Of a DNA stretch of 64,000 bases, positions 8,487-24,766 are shown in pieces (position 1 is the first letter of the stretch; each line of letters starts with the position of its first letter). The notes under the pieces are model-generated. The model made no database searches, was not told the DNA's origin, and worked only from the letters and a program-made list of their open reading frames with translations. Location of the stretch: the sequence record OM718002.1. One strand, 5' to 3'. The translations under genes were made by a program, and so were the position numbers.

Positions 8487-10802
8487 TTATGGACCAGTGG
8501 GTGGAGTTGGTTCAATATGTTTCACACGTGTACCCCTGCCATTCCATAATAAGGAGTTATCAGGTGAATCTCCCCAAAACATGACTTGATTCAAAGTATT
8601 TACTGTCACAGTGAAATTATGCCCTGCTGCCAATTGAATATATGGTCCAGCATGATCATCCACGTCACATTGTCCATTATCGTTATTTCCGAAGAAAGCG
8701 ATTTGGCCATCACCATACATCACAGTGTAATGTGTATATAATCCTGATACACCACCAATTGGGTTACTATATACATTAGCAGTTACATCGTTACCACGTC
8801 CATCGAACCATAATGGCGAGATAACCGTAAAGGATGTATCATTACCATTGCGGATGATTTCCATGACATGTACTTTACTAGATTCAGATGTGTAATCTTC
8901 AGAGGCAACTAATGGGTCTATTGAATGCATGATGATGTGGGTGCAACCAATTGACATTGAATCAATAACATGATTCAATGGTTTAATTGTGTTGTTAACA
9001 AAATCATTAAAAGCACTAACGAAGCTTGGGATACCATAAGCTGTATATACATAGTCAGCACTGCTAGCTGGACCTATGTTTACAACAACTGTCATTTCAC
9101 CAGGATAGGTATCTTCAGTATTGGTAAATAAAGCCCATGGTTTATTAGCAGCAGGTACTAATAGTTCAGATGCACCACCTTTAACACAGCGATAAAGATC
9201 TTGGTGCTCAAAGATAGCTGATTCACCTGTTGAACTAAAGATAAACTTACCTGTTAACATATACAGAGATGTTTTATTTGCCCAGATACTTGAAGGGATA
9301 TTCCCATCTATAGGTGCAGTCCATTCTGCTGGAATTGGTATCATCTCATCGACTTTAGTTTCATCGATACATGCTGACTTGGCTACACCATTTTCTACCC
9401 AATACTGACCATATCGGTGAGATACCCAAGATTCCTGAGCATAGCCTAAGCGCTCTGGCATAACTACATAAGGGTTAGCTGGCGATTTAGGATGAACTAT
9501 ATGGTCATCTCTGACAATTGTACAATCCCACCAACTATTAAATCCAGCATAAGCATGGAAACCTGCCATGACACCTTGAATTAATTCCATTCGGTCATAT
9601 TCACTGGTATCATCTACAATAACTGGCAATGTATCTATCTTTAATTGTGCATCATCCCAGTTAGCGTTATAGCCGGCTGCCATCCTTTCAATATCACCGA
9701 ATGATGGGAATTCATCTTTCCATTGCTCAGGTGTTAATCCACCAAAGGTAGAAGCATCACCACCACCTAGTCCCGCCAGTAGTTGATCAACTTGTGTTTT
9801 AGTATATGCATTAACCTGGTCGGCAGTTACAACGTGTGGGTTATTTTCATTACTAATATGTTGATTAAGTTTCTCTTCTAGTTCATTAATTCTAGAAGCA
9901 TCACCAATCTGACTATAGAGAATAGATGCAGTATAAGGTGTTAATAATACCGAATCATTAGTTACATCTACCGCGGTAGTTGGTGTTGCAGCTGGATAGT
10001 TAGGAACATTACCTAAATTAATATCAGCTGCTGTTAGACCGTGTACGTTACCCCTAGCCGCTATGTGAGCATTAAGTGGATTTACGGCAAACTTATTGAC
10101 TAATGCTAATGTACCACGTGGGTTCGTAAATAGATCATTACGATTAGCATCTAAATGCTGTTGATCAGTTGCCATCGCATAGTTTGGAACTAGTGCCAAG
10201 CCAACTTGTGCTTTAGTTACCCTGTGTGGGTTATTATAATCACGAATATGTTGGTCAGTTGTACCGGCAGCCGCAGCACGGATAGCTTCTATAATACCTT
10301 CGATACCTTCAAGAATCTCTTTACTACCTACTAATGAATCAATAGGTTGATTGTGTTCTAAAGGTGGGAAAGAAGCAGGTAATGGACCAATTGCACCCCA
10401 TGACCGAATCAAGGGGTTATACTGTTTGCGTGCAAGCTCAGCCAGGATCTGTTGATTACTAAATCCCCATTGCCCACCTATTGTACGATAATCCATACCA
10501 ATCATAGCGTTTATCGAACGCTTCATGATACGTATAGATCCAGCGATAGGTCTACCTATCGATTCCATAGCTTCAATAAACCAATGCCCAATAAGGTAAT
10601 CAACACCTTCTACATAAGTCTGATTGGTCAGTGGGTTAAATAGTCGTAATGAATCTACAAAGAAAGGTGCAGCAAATGGTATAATGAAATAATAATCATC
10701 ACCATCTGGTACCTGGAGAGTTTGGCGCTCACCTTTAATAAAGTTCTGGGGATTTGTTCCATTGGGGTCGAATGGATATAACCCAGTTTCACCGTGGGCC
10801 AT
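8487..10802 (-). CDS. gp131: Tail fibre/tip protein with C-terminal beta-propeller
   Basis: 771 aa; YPFDPNGTNP N-terminus, three NPH/NVH repeats and RCC1-like C-terminal repeats (FFGNNDNGQCDV, QLAAGHNFTV). Confidence 0.82.
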   Translation of the reverse strand: MAHGETGLYPFDPNGTNPQNFIKGERQTLQVPDGDDYYFIIPFAAPFFVDSLRLFNPLTNQTYVEGVDYLIGHWFIEAMESIGRPIAGSIRIMKRSINAMIGMDYRTIGGQWGFSNQQILAELARKQYNPLIRSWGAIGPLPASFPPLEHNQPIDSLVGSKEILEGIEGIIEAIRAAAAGTTDQHIRDYNNPHRVTKAQVGLALVPNYAMATDQQHLDANRNDLFTNPRGTLALVNKFAVNPLNAHIAARGNVHGLTAADINLGNVPNYPAATPTTAVDVTNDSVLLTPYTASILYSQIGDASRINELEEKLNQHISNENNPHVVTADQVNAYTKTQVDQLLAGLGGGDASTFGGLTPEQWKDEFPSFGDIERMAAGYNANWDDAQLKIDTLPVIVDDTSEYDRMELIQGVMAGFHAYAGFNSWWDCTIVRDDHIVHPKSPANPYVVMPERLGYAQESWVSHRYGQYWVENGVAKSACIDETKVDEMIPIPAEWTAPIDGNIPSSIWANKTSLYMLTGKFIFSSTGESAIFEHQDLYRCVKGGASELLVPAANKPWALFTNTEDTYPGEMTVVVNIGPASSADYVYTAYGIPSFVSAFNDFVNNTIKPLNHVIDSMSIGCTHIIMHSIDPLVASEDYTSESSKVHVMEIIRNGNDTSFTVISPLWFDGRGNDVTANVYSNPIGGVSGLYTHYTVMYGDGQIAFFGNNDNGQCDVDDHAGPYIQLAAGHNFTVTVNTLNQVMFWGDSPDNSLLWNGRGTRVKHIEPTPPTGP

Positions 10803-10896
10803 GGTTGCCCTCCTTTAATAAAACGCTATTGCGCAATTTGTTAGCGTAATGATGTGAAATTCACATAGGATTGTCCAATCATTCCATGGAGACTAA

Positions 10897-12183
<1,287 letters not shown>

Positions 12184-12191
12184 CGTCATAA

Positions 12192-12212
12192 GCCCTCCCG
12201 TAATGGGAGGGC
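12192..12212. terminator. Bidirectional terminator between convergent genes
   Basis: CATAA-GCCCTCCC-GTAAT-GGGAGGGC-A-TTATG. Confidence 0.8.
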
Positions 12213-12229
12213 ATTATGTTGTTTAGAAA

Positions 12230-14923
<2,694 letters not shown>

Positions 14924-14943
14924 CTAAATTTTAAAGTGAGTAA

Positions 14944-17124
<2,181 letters not shown>

Positions 17125-17131
17125 GGAGCGA

Positions 17132-18007
<876 letters not shown>

Positions 18008-18015
18008 GGTGTGTA

Positions 18016-18459
18016 ATGGCTGATACAAGAGCTGAATTAGTAGCTGCTTGGAATGTGGCTAATAAACCTAAAGATAATAATGGTAAGCCTAGGGATTTAA
18101 CTGTTGATGATGTTGAATTTATAGGGACTGATACATTCTTAGCAACTGGTACAAATGCCAAAACAACAATGAGAGCGAAGACCAGTTCACTTTATTTTAA
18201 AGGTGAGACAGTTATTTACTTTAATAGACGCTCTTTACCAGAGTACTGTCTTGGTATAAAAGTACCGGGTAAACCAACTGACTATACTGATAATTTAGAA
18301 GTAGCTGAAAAATTAAGAGATGTTTACGGTATTCCATTTATTATAGATGAGATACAACCGCAACCTATTACTGGGAATACGGTTACGATACATCCATACT
18401 TTAATAACTTGTCGTGGATACCAACAATACCAGTAACTCTTGAATTTGAAAGCAGTTAA
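18016..18459 (+). CDS. Virion structural protein (gp126-like)
   Basis: GAGGTG RBS; IYFNRRSL motif resembles the preceding gene's domain. Confidence 0.6.
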   Translation: MADTRAELVAAWNVANKPKDNNGKPRDLTVDDVEFIGTDTFLATGTNAKTTMRAKTSSLYFKGETVIYFNRRSLPEYCLGIKVPGKPTDYTDNLEVAEKLRDVYGIPFIIDEIQPQPITGNTVTIHPYFNNLSWIPTIPVTLEFESS

Positions 18460-18481
18460 ATAAAAAAAAATAAAGACATAG

Positions 18482-18503
18482 CCCCTCTCCATGCGGAGAG
18501 GGG
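18482..18503. terminator. Bidirectional terminator between convergent genes
   Basis: CCCCTCTCC-ATGC-GGAGAGGGG with T-rich tracts in both orientations. Confidence 0.8.
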
Positions 18504-18523
18504 TTTATGCCATTACTTAATTA

Positions 18524-19156
18524 TTACCATTCAACCTTAAATTCACCGCATTTAAATGACAGTTTATTAGATCGATGATCTCGCCCAAACCAACATCCTT
18601 CCTTGGTAACTGCATCTGCGATTTGTGGTTTAACCATATTGTTTTTGTATGATTCACGAAGTGCAGTATATAGGGCTTTATGACATGTTTCGAAGAATAC
18701 CTTATTAATAGGATTCTTATCATTAACTCGTGCTAGTGAATGTTTATCAAGAAGAGTGTGCATTCCAATTGAATACTTCTGGATAGTTTCTAGATCTTTC
18801 TTAAGCGCCCAGATACCATAAGTTACTTTTAGAGAAGTATTAGCTTTGGTTGATGGAATAAATGCTGATGGGTCATCAATCATTGGTGCTAATTGCTCAG
18901 TGGAATATGGATTATAAGAAAGATATTGTTGGCCATCCCAAATATACATATCCATTGTATCTTGAACGACATATAGAACTAGAACTTTACCATTTGCCGG
19001 TAGATCACATTTTGTATTTACTTCTACAGTGTCATTAAAATCTGGTTTATAGTTACTATAACTATTCATCAATACCACATCATCGAATAGTCCTGCCATA
19101 TTCACCGTATTTTTGTTTAGTAATTCTTTAAAGAATTTATTCATTTTAGCTAGCAT
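18524..19156 (-). CDS. Hypothetical protein (gp125-like)
   Basis: AAGGAG RBS; 210-aa ORF. Confidence 0.7.
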   Translation of the reverse strand: MLAKMNKFFKELLNKNTVNMAGLFDDVVLMNSYSNYKPDFNDTVEVNTKCDLPANGKVLVLYVVQDTMDMYIWDGQQYLSYNPYSTEQLAPMIDDPSAFIPSTKANTSLKVTYGIWALKKDLETIQKYSIGMHTLLDKHSLARVNDKNPINKVFFETCHKALYTALRESYKNNMVKPQIADAVTKEGCWFGRDHRSNKLSFKCGEFKVEW

Positions 19157-19208
19157 TGTATTACTCCTTTTTTACAATATTTGATTAAACTATACATTAC
19201 TCATAAAT

Positions 19209-19230
19209 AAGCCCCTCCGAAGAGGGGCTT
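19209..19230 (-). terminator. Intrinsic terminator, cUUCGg loop on the - strand
   Basis: AAGCCCCTC-CGAA-GAGGGGCTT directly after the 19237 stop. Confidence 0.8.
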
Positions 19231-19236
19231 TCATGC

Positions 19237-21402
19237 TTATTTGATAAGCTTAAGTAGAACAGCATTATCAACAAGAGCGCCACGAATAACTTGTAGATAA
19301 GATCCATCAGCAGTGATAATGTACATTTTGTGGGTACGTGCATCATCTGAATCTTTAGAGCTATTTAGACGCTTTGCCATTCCCATGATTACTTGAGTAA
19401 TCTTAGGTTCAGTAAGTTTACTGATAAGCACTGCTTTCTCGGTATAAATATTTAGGCAGGATAGTTCCTCAAGGCGCCAGCCAGTTTGGAAACGCACTGA
19501 TAGATCTAGAATAGAATTACCTTCTTCTGGATCAATATTAACACACATACTCCGTCCAACAATAAACGGAATACTAGCGGTAAATTTATCAGCTACTGAC
19601 TTACCCTTCTTACCGATCAGATATGCGATAAGGTCACCGATATCTTCACAGAAGTCATCAATGGTTACCTTCTGACTCATTGAATCAGCCAGGAACTCAT
19701 TAACTGCACTGGTGAGCCTTTCAACTAGGAACCGATAGTAGCGTTGAGCCAGCTTACCATCTAGCATTAGTTGCTTAAGGCGCTTTGCAATTAGATGCGG
19801 ATCGGGTTCTTTTCGAATATCCTCGATCTCATACATGACTTCAGTTGAAGCATCAAATGGATGGGATGATGCTGCGCGATACTCATGTGCTGGAACTACA
19901 TCATCTTCGCTTAGCTCAAGTGCTTCACGAACTGCATTGAGTGCACCAGCTTCTGCTTCAAGATTATTTGCACAAGCAATATAACCTTCTAGGATAACTG
20001 GATCATGTTCACGATTATCAGTTAACCCAGCATCATTTGGTGAAAACTCTTCGGCTACTTCTTTAACCGGTTTGGCATCACCCATAATGGTAGATAGCTT
20101 ATAACTGGTTGCAGTACGCGCACCACCACCACGATGTGCTTGACGACGGAGATCATCTTGAAGCTCATGCTTTAGATAATCCATTTCCATGTGATTCTCC
20201 CACTTACGATATACTTCATGTACAGTGTTATCAGGCCATTTAGCAAGGAAGCGACAATATACTGCCGGATCCATTAGGATGCTGTATGGATTAGCTGAAC
20301 TAGCAGTACGTACCCAATCAGGTTTATCTGCAACTAGATGAGCAGGTCGGATTTCAATGCCACCTGGATTATAGATAACATCCATCGGACGATCTTTATT
20401 AATTACAAATCCATTGGGTACATAATAGTTCGGATCGAATACGAGTTCTTTCACATCTTGAGGGATGGGTAGATCCGTATTATCATTAGTTACAGTATTT
20501 GCATTTTGTTGTAGTTCAGGTAGAATCATTACATCACCTCCACCAGGGATTGTATCATAACTACTATTTGGAGATACTTCAACAGTGGCACCCCAAGAGT
20601 CTTTAGGTTGCATGACTGGTTTGTTTTCCAGGAAAGGAGAAGAACCAGGTACGTCATATGCAGCATTTGCAATTGATGGACCAGTGTCATGATTAGTTGT
20701 TGGTGTATATGCCCCTGGAATGTTCAGCTGCGGATTAGCCATGGTAGCCGGTTGACCATAGGTCTGTTGGATACCTGCGTTAATTGGAGGTAGTTGTGAA
20801 CTCATGCCAGGACGACCCATTGCTGCACCCATCCCAGGGAAACTTCCAGGCTGTACACCAGGTTGTTGATATCCACCCTGCATCATGGTGTTACCACCCA
20901 TACGCATCTTTTGGATATCTGATTCAATCTGCCCGATTACACCAAGTGCCTGTTGGATATTCGGCATTAGATGTTGAACTAGACTTTGTAGCTGCGGGAA
21001 GGTTTGAGCACATTTACCAACAAAACCAGACCATACTAGAGATGCAGCTTGCTGCATTGCCTGCTGTGGGTTATTCACCATTTGACGATGAATAAATAGA
21101 AACTCTAGAAAGTCAATAACTTTCTGAGCCCACTGCTGATAATAGTTATTCTGAAAACCATTACTAGATAGCAGATTATACGCAAATGCATGAAGCTGGG
21201 TGGTAGTAGCAGCATTTTGAGCATTCAGCCGGAACAGCCCAATTACACCATTGAAATATGGTTGTAGTTGAGGATGTTGTTGATGTGGTGATAACTGTAG
21301 CGGTAGGCTAAACAGATAATTCCCATTAGGTAGGTTAGGATCGAAAGTACTGGTATCTACACTCTCAAAATCGACAGGTAGATTGTACTGTGCATAGTTC
21401 AT
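19237..21402 (-). CDS. Hypothetical protein with Q/G/M/P low-complexity region (gp124-like), 721 aa
   Basis: Long ORF directly downstream of the nvRNAP subunit gene. Confidence 0.75.
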   Translation of the reverse strand: MNYAQYNLPVDFESVDTSTFDPNLPNGNYLFSLPLQLSPHQQHPQLQPYFNGVIGLFRLNAQNAATTTQLHAFAYNLLSSNGFQNNYYQQWAQKVIDFLEFLFIHRQMVNNPQQAMQQAASLVWSGFVGKCAQTFPQLQSLVQHLMPNIQQALGVIGQIESDIQKMRMGGNTMMQGGYQQPGVQPGSFPGMGAAMGRPGMSSQLPPINAGIQQTYGQPATMANPQLNIPGAYTPTTNHDTGPSIANAAYDVPGSSPFLENKPVMQPKDSWGATVEVSPNSSYDTIPGGGDVMILPELQQNANTVTNDNTDLPIPQDVKELVFDPNYYVPNGFVINKDRPMDVIYNPGGIEIRPAHLVADKPDWVRTASSANPYSILMDPAVYCRFLAKWPDNTVHEVYRKWENHMEMDYLKHELQDDLRRQAHRGGGARTATSYKLSTIMGDAKPVKEVAEEFSPNDAGLTDNREHDPVILEGYIACANNLEAEAGALNAVREALELSEDDVVPAHEYRAASSHPFDASTEVMYEIEDIRKEPDPHLIAKRLKQLMLDGKLAQRYYRFLVERLTSAVNEFLADSMSQKVTIDDFCEDIGDLIAYLIGKKGKSVADKFTASIPFIVGRSMCVNIDPEEGNSILDLSVRFQTGWRLEELSCLNIYTEKAVLISKLTEPKITQVIMGMAKRLNSSKDSDDARTHKMYIITADGSYLQVIRGALVDNAVLLKLIK

Positions 21403-21437
21403 GTGAATAATACCTATTAAGTAGTTAAAGATTTAAT

Positions 21438-23069
21438 TTATTTTGCACGGAACATTAATTGAGCGTTGTCAATTATTTCACGCACTTCTTCACGACGTTC
21501 AACTAGTCCAGTTGGACCCACTTTGGTATACATATTAAGCCTACCTCGACCATCCGGGTTGTTCTTAGGTTGGTTTTTATATTGACCTACCTCAGCAATA
21601 GATGCGTGAATAATCCTAGATGAGTCATTGATTAGAGACTTATTATGAGCCTTAGCTGTTTTAGCGCGATCCTGTGTAACTAGGATAGATGTCCCTTTAA
21701 TCAACATACTGGAGTTTGGATTACTCATTGTATCGAGTTCACCATGGTCCACTGTTAATCGTTTAATAGCTGTCTGTAGTTTAAAAGAACGTTTTAAACC
21801 TTCGTTTAGCTCTTGTACAGTCCATTCACGATCACGCCTAGACTGGAACATATAACCAAACATACTTACAGCATAGTTAAACTCTGACATCAAGTAATGC
21901 AGTACTGTTAACCTTTTACCATACATACTAGTTTCATCAATATCAGTAGCATAAAGATGATGAGCCAAACTAGTCATGATCTCGTAAAGAAGTTCCCAAA
22001 TAGTACTTACATTGACACCAACTGTTTTAAGTTCTTCAATAGTCATTTCGTCTAGTGAATTACAGAAACTGTGTAGGTGTGAATCAATGTTTTCCTCTAC
22101 TTTACCTTGGTGCTCAAAATCACCAAACACCATGTGACCTAGGATAACACGCCATAAGTTGGTACTATCTACATATTCAGGTCGAGTAAACCGCATTGGA
22201 AATGCATCGACCACATACCAGAAACCAGCGATAAGTCGTGTGGCAAAAATAGATTCTTGATGACGAGGTATAACAAGAACCATTTCACCGGTGGGATGTT
22301 TGCCTTTTAATGTTGCACTGGAATAAATATTCCACTTTTCACGTGGATATTCTTCTTCAGGAAAATCAGACAGCAGTCCACACTTAACATCTACATTAGC
22401 CCATTGTTTGAAAGTTTGAGTTACTCCAAACTGACAGAAGAAATAATGAGCTAAACATGACTCAATATGTGGTCGATTATCCAGATCTCGTTTAGTACGC
22501 TTAGCCATTTCATTGTGAATCTGTGACCAGATCACATACATGATTTTACGCTGACCATTGCACATGTAATGGTGGTCAGTTTGTTTAAAGGTTAGCTTAG
22601 TACGACGAAACGGGATGAAGATGCTATCATTAAGTACAGAGAACCCAACATCAGTTAATACTGGTGAACCGATATATTTCGCACCATTGATAGTTACCAT
22701 ATTGCCTCTCTTGAAAGCTGGTAACAACATTGGACGAGGATAAAGCATTTCCCCTTTATAACTAAACATTAGGTCAATCATGTACATGTCAGTTGGAGCA
22801 ATATTGGCAATACGCTTAGCATTATATTCCCGAGTAATCTCTTCAAAATGCTTAAGCGGTGTACATGCACGATTGCCTTCATATTTGAAGCCATCGGGAA
22901 ATAGAACTGAACTGATATCAAATAAAGAATCAATATAACGCCTGGTCATATTAACACCAGTATTTGGATCACGAGTCATGGTGTGTTCGACTGTGATACC
23001 ATTTGCTAGTGTTGGATTCATGCAAGGCGTATTTTCACGAATCTTTTCAATTAGAAATGGATCCGGCAT
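21438..23069 (-). CDS. gp123: Non-virion RNA polymerase beta-like subunit, N-terminal part
   Basis: 543 aa; beta-like motifs (VTINGAKYIGSPVL, HASIAEVGQ...PDGRGRLN); AGGAG RBS. Confidence 0.88.
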   Translation of the reverse strand: MPDPFLIEKIRENTPCMNPTLANGITVEHTMTRDPNTGVNMTRRYIDSLFDISSVLFPDGFKYEGNRACTPLKHFEEITREYNAKRIANIAPTDMYMIDLMFSYKGEMLYPRPMLLPAFKRGNMVTINGAKYIGSPVLTDVGFSVLNDSIFIPFRRTKLTFKQTDHHYMCNGQRKIMYVIWSQIHNEMAKRTKRDLDNRPHIESCLAHYFFCQFGVTQTFKQWANVDVKCGLLSDFPEEEYPREKWNIYSSATLKGKHPTGEMVLVIPRHQESIFATRLIAGFWYVVDAFPMRFTRPEYVDSTNLWRVILGHMVFGDFEHQGKVEENIDSHLHSFCNSLDEMTIEELKTVGVNVSTIWELLYEIMTSLAHHLYATDIDETSMYGKRLTVLHYLMSEFNYAVSMFGYMFQSRRDREWTVQELNEGLKRSFKLQTAIKRLTVDHGELDTMSNPNSSMLIKGTSILVTQDRAKTAKAHNKSLINDSSRIIHASIAEVGQYKNQPKNNPDGRGRLNMYTKVGPTGLVERREEVREIIDNAQLMFRAK

Positions 23070-23078
23070 TATAAACTC

Positions 23079-24161
23079 CTAAACTTTTGGCAAAATTAAA
23101 TCCATCAGTGAACCTACAATTTTAATGGATGATACTAGATCAGAGGCAATGGAGTTTAGATCACCCCATTTTAGACCATGAATCAATACAACATCTTTTG
23201 GTTTGAATTCTTTATCAAACGTACCAGCTGCTTTTTCCTGGGCTTCCCTTTCCTTAATATCAGCCGCTGTTAAGAGTGCAGTCTTAAGACGTTCAATAAC
23301 TTTCTTATCTTTAATTCCAACCATTGCAGCAGCTTCTTCATGTGTTCTAAAGAAACCATTTTCATGGAACTGTTCAGGAGGTATTACATATCTCTTTTCG
23401 CCATTATGACTAATACATCCATGCTTACCACGGATATTAACAATAAGACCAGGATCTAATGATGGATTGTAGATTGACTCAATGGCCATAATTCTGCCAG
23501 CCATTACATAAAACAATTTATCTGGTTTATTGATGTCAGTATTATACGTTAAAGAATATGTTTCATTCCATACTTGATTAGAAAGTGCTTCTTCTTCTGG
23601 ACTAAGTCCGCTGTAACCAGGAGGACTAATATTTCTATTTGGATAAAATTCAAAATACTGACTATACTCAGTTTTAAATACTTGGATACCTAAACTCTGA
23701 ATCCAACCACCATGATACTGATCTACTAGTTTTGATAAGTCAATTGAATACCAAATAGTAATCTCAGATAGCTGGTTATTAAACTGATCGAATGTCTGTC
23801 GACTAAACGACTGAATATATTCTAACATTTCCTCAGGTGTAAAACCTGGAATAGATTTAGCCATAACTTCATAGTTAAAACTATCATCACCACTCCATCG
23901 GTAAATGACCTTAACTACTAGTCTATTAGACATTACATACTTACGGGATGTCCCAATATTGATAGCGTGACCAGATGAATCGACTACAGTAATACGATGA
24001 AATGATTCATTCCGATACTCAACAAAACGTGAGACAGGGAGATTCCAATTAGCGTATGGATCACCCTTAGTGTATGCAGTTCCCGATTTCTTATCATACG
24101 GGTGATCGATAGTAGGCTTAACTGATACTTGAGTAAGCCCCGCAATTTTTAGTGTTACCAT
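23079..24161 (-). CDS. Hypothetical protein (gp122-like), 360 aa
   Basis: Long ORF in the early operon with gp123. Confidence 0.7.
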   Translation of the reverse strand: MVTLKIAGLTQVSVKPTIDHPYDKKSGTAYTKGDPYANWNLPVSRFVEYRNESFHRITVVDSSGHAINIGTSRKYVMSNRLVVKVIYRWSGDDSFNYEVMAKSIPGFTPEEMLEYIQSFSRQTFDQFNNQLSEITIWYSIDLSKLVDQYHGGWIQSLGIQVFKTEYSQYFEFYPNRNISPPGYSGLSPEEEALSNQVWNETYSLTYNTDINKPDKLFYVMAGRIMAIESIYNPSLDPGLIVNIRGKHGCISHNGEKRYVIPPEQFHENGFFRTHEEAAAMVGIKDKKVIERLKTALLTAADIKEREAQEKAAGTFDKEFKPKDVVLIHGLKWGDLNSIASDLVSSIKIVGSLMDLILPKV

Positions 24162-24570
24162 TGAAATCTACCTTAATCACAACGGCCTCCAAATCTACAA
24201 TGTTGGGGAGCCTCTTTTTAGTTTGATGTACGGACCTTCCCTTAAAGGATTCACTCTTTTCCTTATTACTTGATTTCTGCCATTTATGCGGGTCACTCGA
24301 ACAATATAACTTTTCGGTGGCCCGCTTAAACTGTTTTTCTTGAAGGATCTCCTCAATGTTTTTCTTGGCATAATCAGTAATAAAGTCCTCTAGCCCTTTG
24401 GGCATAAAGGCATCCTGAACAGGATGGAATTCTTCAAAGAAAGTATTAATGTATTTATCATCATCTACGGTAGACATCTTATTATCTACCATGGTATTTT
24501 TTTCTATAAGAGATACCCTTAGGGCATCTTGCCATCTTTCGATGACTTCTGGAAATAATTGAACGTTCAT
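24118..24570 (-). CDS. Hypothetical protein (gp121-like), 150 aa
   Basis: First ORF after an early promoter; 44-nt overlap with the next gene. Confidence 0.65.
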   Translation of the reverse strand: MNVQLFPEVIERWQDALRVSLIEKNTMVDNKMSTVDDDKYINTFFEEFHPVQDAFMPKGLEDFITDYAKKNIEEILQEKQFKRATEKLYCSSDPHKWQKSSNKEKSESFKGRSVHQTKKRLPNIVDLEAVVIKVDFNGNTKNCGAYSSIS

Positions 24571-24613
24571 TTGGATTAACCTATTTTTAAATTAGAAGAT
24601 CATGATCATTACT

Positions 24614-24621
24614 GTAATATA
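24614..24621 (-). promoter_or_regulatory. phiKZ-type early (virion RNAP) promoter core TATATTAC
   Basis: AAAAAAGTTTAAGATC-TATATTAC on the - strand, 44 nt upstream of the operon containing nvRNAP gp123. Confidence 0.7.
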
Positions 24622-24656
24622 GATCTTAAACTTTTTTTAATGTAATACAACATAAA

Positions 24657-24676
24657 GCCCTCCCCGAAGGGAGGGC
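24657..24676 (-). terminator. Capsid gene terminator, cUUCGg loop
   Basis: GCCCTCCC-TTCG-GGGAGGGC-TTTATG on the - strand. Confidence 0.82.
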
Positions 24677-24685
24677 CTATGTCTG

Positions 24686-24766
24686 TTACTCTTCTAACTT
24701 CCGGGCATTACCGTCTTCCAAATAACGGATAGTCCCATTTTCTAGATAACGGTAACCCTTTCCAGC
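24686..24766 (-). other. In-frame 26-codon extension after the capsid UGA (candidate readthrough tail AGKGYRYLENGTIRYLEDGNARKLEE)
   Basis: Translated by hand; open from 24766 to TAA at 24688-24686; internal peptide repeat; no ATG or RBS of its own. Confidence 0.6.

Noticed and set aside
3903-10802. Diversity-generating retroelement or invertase shufflon acting on fibres
   Set aside because: No reverse transcriptase, no template/variable repeat pair and no recombinase in the window; repeats are short protein-level motifs.
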